Origin: Candidatus Deferrimicrobium sp.
GTDB lineage: Archaea > Asgardarchaeota > Lokiarchaeia > Helarchaeales > HEL-GB-A
Length of the DNA: 64,000 bases
Direction of reading: 5' to 3'
Assembly: GCA_035531115.1 (NCBI GenBank)
Contig: DATKTP010000204.1
Coordinates: 4,155-68,154, forward strand
Shown here: positions 26,048 through 34,934 of the stretch, piece by piece
Layout of the letters: every line of letters starts with the position of its first letter
How positions within the stretch are numbered: the first letter of the stretch is position 1
Translations under genes and position numbers: made by a program
The notes under the pieces: model-generated
The model's database searches: none
The model's input: only the letters and a program-made list of their open reading frames with translations
Told to the model about the DNA's origin: nothing

Positions 26048-26425
26048 TTACATTTGCCTTAAAATTTCAATTACACGCTTCTCATACTGAATAAGTTGAA
26101 GTGCAACTAATCCATGATTTCTTATATTTTTTTCAATGGCAATCGTCAGGACGTAGTATTTTTTATCGAAAACAAAACGATATAGGAAGATATTCATTTC
26201 TTGTAAATAATAACACGATCCCGTTAATTTTGGGAGTCTTTTATAGATATCTAGAACATAAATTGCCAATACCCCAAATTCATCTTCATGTAATTTGAAT
26301 TTAGAATAGATTGGAAGACCTTCTGAATCATAGAGTGCCCAGCCACTGAGTATAACATTTGCATTTCTACAAATATCTTCAACGACAAGTCCTCCTCGAC
26401 CTTCTATAATAGATTGCACTTCCAC
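26048..26425 (-). CDS. Roadblock/LC7 (MglB-like) domain protein; start re-assigned to GTG 26425
   Basis: 'GRGGLVVEDICRNANVILSGWALYDSEGLPIYS...FGVLAIYVLDIY...YYVLTIAIE' fits a ~125-aa roadblock pattern. GTG at 26425 is preceded by GGGGGAAAG. The track start (26524) would overlap the RNase P RNA 3' region. Confidence 0.55.
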   Translation of the reverse strand: MEVQSIIEGRGGLVVEDICRNANVILSGWALYDSEGLPIYSKFKLHEDEFGVLAIYVLDIYKRLPKLTGSCYYLQEMNIFLYRFVFDKKYYVLTIAIEKNIRNHGLVALQLIQYEKRVIEILRQM

Positions 26426-26451
26426 CTTTCCCCCATATAAAGGAGATCGGT

Positions 26452-26830
26452 GATCTGGTATGAGTAGAGTAGGCCCTTTTCTGTTCTGGAATTTCAATTG
26501 CTTGAGATTCCTTGACGGTATCAATCTATGCGCCCTACCCGGTCCTCGGCTAGGCTCCTCATTGGACGCTATTTGGGCTTGCTCCCACGACCTTGAGCTG
26601 TTTCAACGATTCCATGCATCTCTTCGGCGGGTTAGCTCATCCAATATCGCTAAAGGACTTCTCGAATTGCTTCTCAGCCGCCTCATCATCATCTAATGCA
26701 TGGGCGTGTCATTTCTGATCTCAGAGAAAGACTCTCGCCTTGTGGCTATAGCCACGCCGTTGCCTAGGAGGGAGAAGGGACCTTCCTCAGACGACCTTCG
26801 TCCGGCAACCGTCCTTACTCTTACCAGATC
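26452..26830 (-). ncRNA. rnpB: RNase P RNA (archaeal type A-like)
   Basis: GC-enriched block. The minus strand reads '...GTCTGAGGAAGGTCCCTTCTCC...' (CR-I GAGGAAAGUCC-like) and '...CCAGAACAGAAAAGGGCCTAC...' (CR-V ACAGAA plus the P4 3' strand, with a bulged U as in bacterial P4). The termini pair as a long P1: 5' GATCTGGTAAGAGTAAGG (26830-26813) with CTCTACTCATACCAGATC (26469-26452). Confidence 0.85.
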
Positions 26831-27102
26831 ACACAATTTATGAAGCTACGGATCTCTTAAGAAAGTTTTGAATTTTTATAAAAAACAAATTATTAATTTA
26901 ATAAATTCTTAACAAAAGAGATAGAAAATTCAGAAAATCGCCTACCTTTATAAAGCTTATCGATTTGAAAACAAACTTTTAAAAGAAACTTAGAATACTA
27001 GAGAAACTGCGTAAATGATTTCTAAATTGATCAAAAACCAGTTGATCATAAAAGCATCTAATTATTTTAAGAAAATGAATATAATCTTTAAAGGAAACAA
27101 GA

Positions 27103-28011
27103 ATGCTCCTAATTTTTTATTCAGGGACTCGTATTTCAAATATTCTTTATAGCATCACGACCTATTTACCTCAAGATAAGTTAGGCTTCGTGATAGATAC
27201 GAGTAATATTCTTAATCTTTCTGGCATCCGAATGAATTTATGTTTCCGTGCCATATTAAATTCTTTAATGCGTGTTCAATATCCCAAAACATATCGCGTC
27301 TATAATTTTCTTAAAAAATTTAAAGATACCCAAATGAATATCCAATTTACGGATCTTGATGTGGCAATCGCTATTTATTTAACGGAAATGCTTTCAAGGG
27401 GAAAAAAAGTCACAGACTTGGAGGATACTATTCGGACGAATTTTTCGATTGATGCCCGTATTATTCCGGTTTGTGATGAAATTCTACCCATTACCGTTAA
27501 AAGCAGCGTCAAAACCATGTTTTATAGCGAATATCTCCATACAAATGCTACAGATTTTAAAATTCAAGAAATTAATTTCAATGGTATTGAAACCAAAAAA
27601 CCAAATGAGAATTTAAAAAAAGTAGCCAATAAATCTGAATATATTTTACTGCTCCCTAATGATTTGGTTGCATTCCATGCAATGCTTCAGGTTCCTGGTG
27701 TAAGAAAAATATTAGAAGATGTTTCCTGTCCAATTTTCGCCATTTTTCCCATTATAGATCGAAGTTATCTATCTACTGAGGAGACAAATATCCTCAATAA
27801 ACTGGGCTATCTGGACATTAATGCAGTCGAATTCTCCAAGACTGTGGAAAATTTAGTCGATATTATTATCATTGATGAAACCCAAAAAATCTATAAGGAA
27901 CAAATCATGAATGCGGGGTTCCAAGTTTATGTCCGGGATTTAAAAATCAAAAACAAGAAAGATGCCTTCGAATTAGCGACCTTTTTATTCAATCTATTTC
28001 CTCTCAAATAA
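27103..28011 (+). CDS. CofD/YvcK (UPF0052)-like protein, degenerate motifs
   Basis: 302 aa. 'LIFYSGTRISN' vs the CofD 'vlsGGtGg' motif; 'FVIDTSNILNLSGIRMN'; 'LLLPNDLVAFHAMLQVPGVRKIL...IFAIFPI' vs 'iGPSNP..SI.PIL.vpGi'. The match is weak. Confidence 0.4.
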   Translation: MLLIFYSGTRISNILYSITTYLPQDKLGFVIDTSNILNLSGIRMNLCFRAILNSLMRVQYPKTYRVYNFLKKFKDTQMNIQFTDLDVAIAIYLTEMLSRGKKVTDLEDTIRTNFSIDARIIPVCDEILPITVKSSVKTMFYSEYLHTNATDFKIQEINFNGIETKKPNENLKKVANKSEYILLLPNDLVAFHAMLQVPGVRKILEDVSCPIFAIFPIIDRSYLSTEETNILNKLGYLDINAVEFSKTVENLVDIIIIDETQKIYKEQIMNAGFQVYVRDLKIKNKKDAFELATFLFNLFPLK

Positions 28012-28058
28012 ATTTCCCCTAACTGTCCTTCAGGTAATAGACTTTATTTTCATAATGG

Positions 28059-29423
28059 ATGATTACTATGGATATTTTTATTAAAAATTGTGAAAAGGTC
28101 TATACTCCTGAAGGGTTTAAAGCTTTGAATATTATTATTGAGGAAGGAAAGATCCGCGAGTTTACATCTGAACTAGTATCTGAAGCGTATGATCGGATTA
28201 TCGATGCATCTAACAAGCTAATTATACCTGGTATCATTGATTTACATGTTCATTTTTATGAGGGACGCGAAACTTGGTTTTCCGGAACAAGTGCTGCAGC
28301 GGGTGGTGGAGTCACAAGTGTATTTGAACAGCCATTCTCAGATCCTCCCACCCTATATCCTCAGGCTTTGAATATTAAAATAAAGCGTGCCACAAAAGAA
28401 GCTTTAATCGATTTCGGGTTCCATGGTGGTGCTACTCCAATTAATATTGACGAAATCGATGACCTTGCTAAATCTGGCGTGAAAACTTTCAAGATTTTCT
28501 TACCAGAAACTTCATATGACTTTCCTGCCCCTGAGGATGATGATTCTTTTCTAGATCTACTCCATGCCATTAAAAAAGCAGAGAGCATAGCGTTGATACA
28601 TGCCGAAAATCGCACCGCTATCAAACTCGGGCAGCAGAAGGCATTGGAAAATGGGAAAATCCAACCCAAAGATTTCCCTGCTGCCCGCCCACCAATGGCG
28701 GAAATTGAAGCAGTTTCACGCACACTAATGCTGGCAGATTTGGCTGAATGTCCAGTTTATTTCGTCCATCTGAGTACAGGCACAGCAGGTGAGATTATTT
28801 CTACAGTGAAAAATAAACAACGTGTGTATGCAGAAACTTGTCCTCAATACCTCCTATTTGACGAATCGGTGTTTGTAGAAAAAGGTCCCTATGCCCGAGT
28901 CATCCCTCCAATGCGTCCTAAGGCGGAAGTGAAGAAATTATGGGGATGTCTAAGCAGCGGCATCATCGATGTCATTGCGACGGACCATTGCGCCTATCCC
29001 AAAATTGAGAAGGAACGGGGATGGCACAACATCTTTTTAGCCAATAACGGGATCCCAGGACTTGAAACCTCCCTTCCTCTAATGCTTACCCAAGTGCATC
29101 AAAATCGTTTAGATTTGGAACGACTTATCCATCTAATGAGCGTCAATCCGGCGAAAATTATGGGTATATATCCTAAAAAAGGGTGTATTCAACCAGGAAG
29201 TGATGCAGATCTAACTCTTATCGATTTCAACCAGAAGACGAAGATAACGATTGATGAACTCCACACTAAGAGTGAATTTACGCTCTATGAGGGATTGGAA
29301 GTGCAGGGGGTCCCTGAAATGACTATTTCTCGGGGAAAAGTAGTGATGGAAAATGGGTATCCGGGCGAGATTATCAGCAAATATAAGGGGCAGGGCGAAT
29401 TTTTAAAAATTCAAGAAGTATGA
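28059..29423 (+). CDS. cyclic amidohydrolase (dihydroorotase/allantoinase/hydantoinase family)
   Basis: 454 aa. Metal ligands 'PGIIDLHVHF', 'FKIFL' (carbamyl-Lys region), 'IHAEN', 'YFVHLS', 'VIATDHCAY'. Confidence 0.85.
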   Translation: MITMDIFIKNCEKVYTPEGFKALNIIIEEGKIREFTSELVSEAYDRIIDASNKLIIPGIIDLHVHFYEGRETWFSGTSAAAGGGVTSVFEQPFSDPPTLYPQALNIKIKRATKEALIDFGFHGGATPINIDEIDDLAKSGVKTFKIFLPETSYDFPAPEDDDSFLDLLHAIKKAESIALIHAENRTAIKLGQQKALENGKIQPKDFPAARPPMAEIEAVSRTLMLADLAECPVYFVHLSTGTAGEIISTVKNKQRVYAETCPQYLLFDESVFVEKGPYARVIPPMRPKAEVKKLWGCLSSGIIDVIATDHCAYPKIEKERGWHNIFLANNGIPGLETSLPLMLTQVHQNRLDLERLIHLMSVNPAKIMGIYPKKGCIQPGSDADLTLIDFNQKTKITIDELHTKSEFTLYEGLEVQGVPEMTISRGKVVMENGYPGEIISKYKGQGEFLKIQEV

Positions 29424-29428
29424 GAACT

Positions 29429-29596
29429 TCAAGAATTATATAATTCTTTAACAATTAAGACTAACAGTAATAAAAGTATGACTTGAGCTGGAATAAATAT
29501 TAAGGAACTGAACCCCATCATAATATCTTGAAGGATAAAAATGATTCCAATTCCTAATGAAAAGATTAATCCAAATTGAAATAAAGCCTTGCGCAT
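29429..29596 (-). CDS. possible small membrane protein (55 aa)
   Basis: ATG-to-TGA ORF 'MRKALFQFGLIFSLGIGIIFILQDIMMGFSSLIFIPAQVILLLLLVLIVKELYNS' with two hydrophobic helices. Below the track cutoff. Confidence 0.35.
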   Translation of the reverse strand: MRKALFQFGLIFSLGIGIIFILQDIMMGFSSLIFIPAQVILLLLLVLIVKELYNS

Positions 29597-29720
29597 CTTC
29601 AATTCTCCCTGCGAATAATTTTTCTAATCATGGATTACAATTTGGCTGGGAAAAAGTTTTTCCTTCTTAATAGCCATATAACTTATATCTTTTATAAAAG
29701 TTAATTATCTAAAAAAATAG

Positions 29721-30077
29721 GTGAGTTATATGCAAAAAGATGATATAGAACGCCTTTGGGATTTAGAAGCCGAGAAAAATAAGCGCCTGTTTAAAAAGGA
29801 AGTATCACAAGACGAATTACATTTCACTGCTCTTGATTATAATGATGAAATCATTATCCTTCGGAGTAAAATTCAAGGGATCTCAGAAACTGGGATTATT
29901 GTGATCATTAATCCTGACCGGGCCGAAAAAGATGGAGAACTTTTCCAACTTATTGACCTTGCCTCTTTAAAATTGGCAATCTTTACGTATAATCTCTCTG
30001 AAGAAGTGATTCTCGAACTTCTAGAAATTGTGGAAGAACCTGAAGAGTCTGAAGATATTGAATATGTTGAAGATTAA
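29721..30077 (+). CDS. hypothetical acidic protein
   Basis: 118-aa ORF with an acidic tail 'EEPEESEDIEYVED'. Lies 12 nt upstream of the MutY-like gene. Confidence 0.5.
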   Translation: MSYMQKDDIERLWDLEAEKNKRLFKKEVSQDELHFTALDYNDEIIILRSKIQGISETGIIVIINPDRAEKDGELFQLIDLASLKLAIFTYNLSEEVILELLEIVEEPEESEDIEYVED

Positions 30078-30089
30078 TGGCGTTATTCA

Positions 30090-30809
30090 ATGGATATCCC
30101 AATAGAGCAAGAAAAGATCCATTTCTTCCAAAACACCCTCATCCTTTGGTTTAAAAAATATGGGCGTGATTTACCTTGGCGTAAAACACGAAACCCCTAT
30201 CATATTCTCATCTCCGAGTTGATGTTACAGCAAACGCAGGTCATACGTGTTGAAAAAGAATACTATTTTCAATTTCTAAATAAGTTTCCATCCATTCAGG
30301 ATTTAGCTAATGCCTCCGAAGAGGACGTCCTTAAAGCATGGGAGGGGCTGGGCTATTATAATCGCGCTAAAAACCTGCATAAAATTGCACAAATGATCGT
30401 CTCGAACTATGACGGAAAATTCCCTGAGGACTATAATCAAATTATAAACCTCCCAGGGATCGGTAAATATACCGCGGGTGCAATTCTCTCCTTTGCCTTC
30501 GAGCGCGATTTTCCGATCGTTGACACCAATGTCGAACGGATTGTAAAAAGAATTTTTCTCTACAAATATAAAATCCCATCTCCTGCGAAGAGAGAAAAAA
30601 CCATTTGGCAAATCTCCGAACAGATTTTACTTAAAAGGGACGCATGGACCTTTAACCAAGCGATTCTAGATTTTGGTGCGCTCATCTGTATCGCACAAAA
30701 ACCCCGCTGCGCAAAATGTCCTATGCGCCCTATCTGTCAATATTTCCAATCTAAAATTTCAAAAAAAGGAAGTATCGTTTATTGGACGAAATCCCCATCA
30801 TCAAAGTAA
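30090..30809 (+). CDS. mutY: A/G-specific adenine DNA glycosylase (MutY-like, no NUDIX-like C-terminal domain)
   Basis: 'LPWRKTRNPYHILISELMLQQTQV', HhH-GPD 'LPGIGKYTAGAILSFAF...VDTNV', and Fe-S loop 'CIAQKPRCAKCPMRPIC'. Confidence 0.85.
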   Translation: MDIPIEQEKIHFFQNTLILWFKKYGRDLPWRKTRNPYHILISELMLQQTQVIRVEKEYYFQFLNKFPSIQDLANASEEDVLKAWEGLGYYNRAKNLHKIAQMIVSNYDGKFPEDYNQIINLPGIGKYTAGAILSFAFERDFPIVDTNVERIVKRIFLYKYKIPSPAKREKTIWQISEQILLKRDAWTFNQAILDFGALICIAQKPRCAKCPMRPICQYFQSKISKKGSIVYWTKSPSSK

Positions 30810-30839
30810 AATTCAAATTTATCTACATTTTGGGCAATT

Positions 30840-31292
30840 TCAGGGAATTGCTATTGCGACTTCGCTGAAAATGGCGGGATTTTGAACAATACTTACTAAC
30901 ATTTTTCCATAAATTTCCTTTTTAGCTTTGCAAACACGTGCAAAATCATCTGGCCATAGCGCAATTATTTCATATCTACCTTCAGCTATTTTAATAAAAA
31001 GAAACCCGCTTTTCATATCTTCGTTAGCAACGCTGGCTAAAATAATTCCGACCGTATTGATTGCTGGTTTCTCCCCTGCTGAAGATTCAACATTTTTTAC
31101 CTTATGTATGGTTTTATAGTGCGACTTATTCTTAAGATTCCATTTTAAACCATCTATATACCTTCTATTCAAGTTGGCTTTTCCGATGATTTCCATTGAG
31201 TCAAAAAAGGTGAGAGTTTCTTCATTACCTTTCCCTAGTTCTTCTCTTTCCAAAGTTATATTCCATGTCTTTGCCATATCTTTTCCTTCCAA
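30840..31292 (-). CDS. hypothetical protein
   Basis: 150-aa ORF with no recognisable motif. Confidence 0.5.
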   Translation of the reverse strand: MEGKDMAKTWNITLEREELGKGNEETLTFFDSMEIIGKANLNRRYIDGLKWNLKNKSHYKTIHKVKNVESSAGEKPAINTVGIILASVANEDMKSGFLFIKIAEGRYEIIALWPDDFARVCKAKKEIYGKMLVSIVQNPAIFSEVAIAIP

Positions 31293-31406
31293 TAAGTTAA
31301 TAATTCAAATACTAATTATTTCTCGCCTTTTATAAAACCTCTATTAAGTTATATTTATACCTTTGTCAGACTACTGACTTAATTTGATTATTATTAGACC
31401 ATATTA

Positions 31407-33218
31407 TTAATCAATATTCTTAGTTAAATCTTGGATTAGATTAAATTGTCTTCTCTGTTTGCTTAAAAGCTCTATAAAGAGCGCATCTCGCTTAAAAGCA
31501 TTTTCCTCCTCGGCGGTTTGGTGATACGCCAAGGTATATATGATCTTTGTCAAAATACGAGTGCTCCGGATTCGACCGATGCTCTGCTCATATTTTGAAA
31601 GGGAAACTGTTGTACCATAATAAACTGCCACATCCGCTTCTGGTAAATCCGTTCCCTTCTCAATTAATCGCTCAGAGGCGAAGAGAATCTTGCTCGCTCC
31701 CCTTTTAAAGTTCATAATTTGGGTATGCTGTAATGCACCGTCCATTTTACCATGTACAAAGGAGGTCTCGTAACCTTGGTCTTGCATCATTTGATGAAGA
31801 TATTGAGTTACTGCTACAAAGCGGCAAAGTACCAGCACCTTTTTCCCTTCATTTATGAACCGTTTCAGCCAAAATAACAGCCGTTCCTCTTTTTTCGAGA
31901 TATAGAGTTTCTCTCCGGCTAGTTCTTCTTGCCGCTCGGTAATTTTCTCCTTGATGTATGTAAAATTGGGATGATTCTGGAGATATGAATTCTTCATACG
32001 CGGAATGAACATCGTGAATGCTCGGAGTGTGTTTTCCAAGAGGTATTGTCTAGCAACAATGCAAAGAAGATATGCGCTACCATGTGTGAGTGCTTGATTC
32101 AGAAAGTTTTCGCCTTTTGCTTCTTTTAATCGCTCTTGGATTTCCTTTTTACCAAGGATATCACTAATAAACAGCATGATCCGATCATTTGGAACTTGAC
32201 TCTTGGAAGTTATTATTTGATATGCCTGATTGATAGTTCTGAGTGTCCCAACCTTTAATTCATTAATTTTTCCATCGATAGCTGTGACCCAATCATCAAA
32301 AACTACTATTTTCTTGAATACGTATTGGGGTGTAAAGTCCTCATAATCCTCTCCTGTTGGATAAATGTGGGCAACCCTTTCGGATCCCCCAAATGTTTTT
32401 GAAAGCAAGTCTATTTTCTCGCGCTGGGTAAAGGAAGCGGTCATCCCTAGAAGAATTTTTTTACTTCCATTCAGGAGCCCTAATAAATTCAAGACCGGTT
32501 CGAATCGTTTATTCAACCGATACTGTTTCGCGGAAAATTCTTGAATTAACCGATTAATAACAAGGTCCCTATCAATGTTATACTGTTGCGATATGTTATC
32601 TACGACCTCGTCAAATTTCACATTATACACTCTTTCAATATAGTCTATCGTCTCTTCTTTCGAACGTTTCATGGCGCTTGAATAACTTTGGGCCAATACA
32701 TCGAGGATCTCATCAATCACGACTAATTTCACTTGTTCTAGCGTGCTTTTTTCGACTTTAATTTGGTTGGGCGTTCTGGCAATGATCGAATTCAAGAGGA
32801 GAATAGGCGTGGCAAAGATGAATTTAGCGATTTTAGCGTGTTCCCGCGTAATCCGCGGGGCAAGCGTGCCTTCCGGTAAAAGAAATAAGTCTCCGTACAT
32901 CCCTAATCCAAAGTTTTGAGACATATCATACAGTTGATGCTTTAATTTTCGATCATTCACCAAAAACAGAACTTTATCATCTTTCTTAATCGTTCCATTT
33001 TCAATGAGGGTCTCAATTGTGAGAGTTATAATGAGCGTTTTACCCATTCCAGTGGGTAATAGTACTAAAATAACATTCTTTCCCTCATCGATTCCCTTGA
33101 TAGCCTGATCCCGTGCATTTATTTGATAAATCCGCGGGATTATTTTCTCAGATCCTTCCATAGAGTAATTCACAGAATTATGATTTTTTATTCTTTGTAT
33201 TTCTTGGATTTTCTTCAA
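31407..33218 (-). CDS. superfamily 2 helicase with large insertion between the RecA domains (Hef/RIG-I/Dicer-like architecture)
   Basis: 603 aa. Motif I 'LLPTGMGKT', motif II 'VVIDEILD', motif III 'GMTAS', helicase-C 'FASERLIEKGTDLPEADVAVYY', motif VI 'QSIGRIRS'. About 200 aa lie between motifs III and IV. Confidence 0.85.
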   Translation of the reverse strand: MKKIQEIQRIKNHNSVNYSMEGSEKIIPRIYQINARDQAIKGIDEGKNVILVLLPTGMGKTLIITLTIETLIENGTIKKDDKVLFLVNDRKLKHQLYDMSQNFGLGMYGDLFLLPEGTLAPRITREHAKIAKFIFATPILLLNSIIARTPNQIKVEKSTLEQVKLVVIDEILDVLAQSYSSAMKRSKEETIDYIERVYNVKFDEVVDNISQQYNIDRDLVINRLIQEFSAKQYRLNKRFEPVLNLLGLLNGSKKILLGMTASFTQREKIDLLSKTFGGSERVAHIYPTGEDYEDFTPQYVFKKIVVFDDWVTAIDGKINELKVGTLRTINQAYQIITSKSQVPNDRIMLFISDILGKKEIQERLKEAKGENFLNQALTHGSAYLLCIVARQYLLENTLRAFTMFIPRMKNSYLQNHPNFTYIKEKITERQEELAGEKLYISKKEERLLFWLKRFINEGKKVLVLCRFVAVTQYLHQMMQDQGYETSFVHGKMDGALQHTQIMNFKRGASKILFASERLIEKGTDLPEADVAVYYGTTVSLSKYEQSIGRIRSTRILTKIIYTLAYHQTAEEENAFKRDALFIELLSKQRRQFNLIQDLTKNID

Positions 33219-33323
33219 TATAAAGAATTTGTGGTAAAACAGGAAAAAATCATAAACTTAAATAGTCAGGACTTTCAAAATATATATGGATATAGCGGAT
33301 TTATTCCCAAAGAAAGGAATCTC

Positions 33324-34571
33324 ATGAAAAAATATATCTGTATCCCGGGAGAATACGTATTAGAAAGGTTAGAAGAAGAAATACTCAACGAGAAGACTCG
33401 TGCTTATTATATTGCCCTTCAACAACTTTATCCCATACCCGTTCTTCTCCAACCCTTTGTCAGTGATTATAAAAGAAAACTTCAACGTCAATTCAACGTG
33501 TTATTTAACACAGCAAAGGAAATCTATGCCAATCCCCAAGATAAAGCGAAATTAGTCCGAAAAAATTTTCCAAAATATTATCAAAAGACCCCTCTTTACT
33601 CAATTCTCCTCCTTCAAATTCCTCCCCTCTTTACTCCCAACTTCATTAGACGGGTTTTAAAACAACTGAAACGCCTAAACTTACGATATTTTAAACGAAG
33701 AATCAATTTCCTCCTCATTCTATTTGCGAAACTTGAATCTATTCAAATAAATTCGATTCAATATCATAATGATTCTGAACTTCTTCGCCGTATGTTTGTA
33801 GATAAACAATTTCTCCAGGAATACATTTATTTACATGTTGAAATTGAGCAGAAGAAATATCACATCCTTAAGAAAGGAGGCGATTGGAATCAGATATCGC
33901 TCCCGGATTATTTCCATGGGTTTATCATAACTTCTGTTTCTTTCTATCAGTACGTTTCAAGTATTTGGAAAACTTTGAGTTATCATCTTACCCAATTTTT
34001 AGAATTAAAGGTTGCAGATTTATATCATGTGCAATTAGAAAATGGCGAATTGGAGATTCTGAAAAATAGAAAGCATCGTTACAAACTTATTAAAGAATTT
34101 CCCCGTCCGCCCAAGATAATGATGGAAATATTTCACGATCCTGAAATTCTTTTAAGAAACTATCCCTCAAAAGGTAAAATTAAGATTGAAAAACTTGCCC
34201 CTGATAGGTTAAGATACACAATTACTGAAAAAGTTCCGCTTATGAAGATTATCCTTCAATATGATCTGGTTTGGTGCTTTAAAGGATATGTTGAGGAATG
34301 GTGGATCGAGAATAGTAATTATATCAAGGAAATGACTGGATTCGCCGTTTACGAGGAAACCCCAGAGGGTAATTGCCGCTACGCAGATATTCTCGTTGAT
34401 TTTTCCCTCGATAATCAATTAAAACCATTCGAGGATATGATAATTCCCGCGCTGGAAAGTATGGGACGTAAAAATATCGAACAATTGATGGAGAATATCT
34501 ATCAAGAACTGCTTGCCCAAGATAGCACTCTACTTCGTATTCCCCGAGATGAATGCAAGGAATCGATTTAA
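33324..34571 (+). CDS. hypothetical protein (start trimmed to ATG 33324)
   Basis: The first 67 codons of the track ORF (33123-) overlap the helicase N-terminus on the other strand. ATG 33324 is preceded by AAAGGAA. No recognisable domain. Confidence 0.6.
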   Translation: MKKYICIPGEYVLERLEEEILNEKTRAYYIALQQLYPIPVLLQPFVSDYKRKLQRQFNVLFNTAKEIYANPQDKAKLVRKNFPKYYQKTPLYSILLLQIPPLFTPNFIRRVLKQLKRLNLRYFKRRINFLLILFAKLESIQINSIQYHNDSELLRRMFVDKQFLQEYIYLHVEIEQKKYHILKKGGDWNQISLPDYFHGFIITSVSFYQYVSSIWKTLSYHLTQFLELKVADLYHVQLENGELEILKNRKHRYKLIKEFPRPPKIMMEIFHDPEILLRNYPSKGKIKIEKLAPDRLRYTITEKVPLMKIILQYDLVWCFKGYVEEWWIENSNYIKEMTGFAVYEETPEGNCRYADILVDFSLDNQLKPFEDMIIPALESMGRKNIEQLMENIYQELLAQDSTLLRIPRDECKESI

Positions 34572-34934
34572 ACAAAAATAATATAATTATATTTTTTGCA
34601 TACATATCCAGGTTATCAATTTTATCAAGTTTGTAGCAGATTATGCTACCCACTTAACATCAATTGTTCTTACGAAGTTTGAACGAGAATCCTTATTCGT
34701 ACAGGCTGAAACCCGTAGCCCCTATCAGCTAGCGTTCCGAAGAACCATTGCTGAATACTAAAATGAAGAAGGACTTGTTCACCATTGCATCTTCCAGTGA
34801 AAAAGAAAATTCAATGGACGCCCTATAAATGAGATGCTGTTCTACAACATCTCTAACTTTTTAAAAGAAAAAGCCTATTTAAAGACCACGGAAAACATAA
34901 TCATTATCAATTTGCAGAAATATGAGTTGACAAA

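Noticed and set aside
26426-26696. N-terminal 33 codons of ORF 26048-26524 (-) and ORF 26460-26696 (+)
   Set aside because: They lie inside the RNase P RNA (CR-V/P4 and the P1 3' strand). Structured RNA explains the GC-rich sequence better.
33123-33323. First 67 codons of track ORF 33123-34571 (+)
   Set aside because: They overlap the N-terminus (including upstream of motif I) of the helicase on the opposite strand. An internal ATG at 33324 with a purine-rich upstream element gives a non-overlapping divergent arrangement.
34650-34830. GC-elevated intergenic patch upstream of the methyltransferase, containing short hairpins and CUGA/AUGA-like words (considered as a C/D-box sRNA or other ncRNA)
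   Set aside because: I could not assemble a proper C/D/C'/D' box order, a terminal stem, or any known RNA motif. It may be a degraded gene fragment. Left unassigned.
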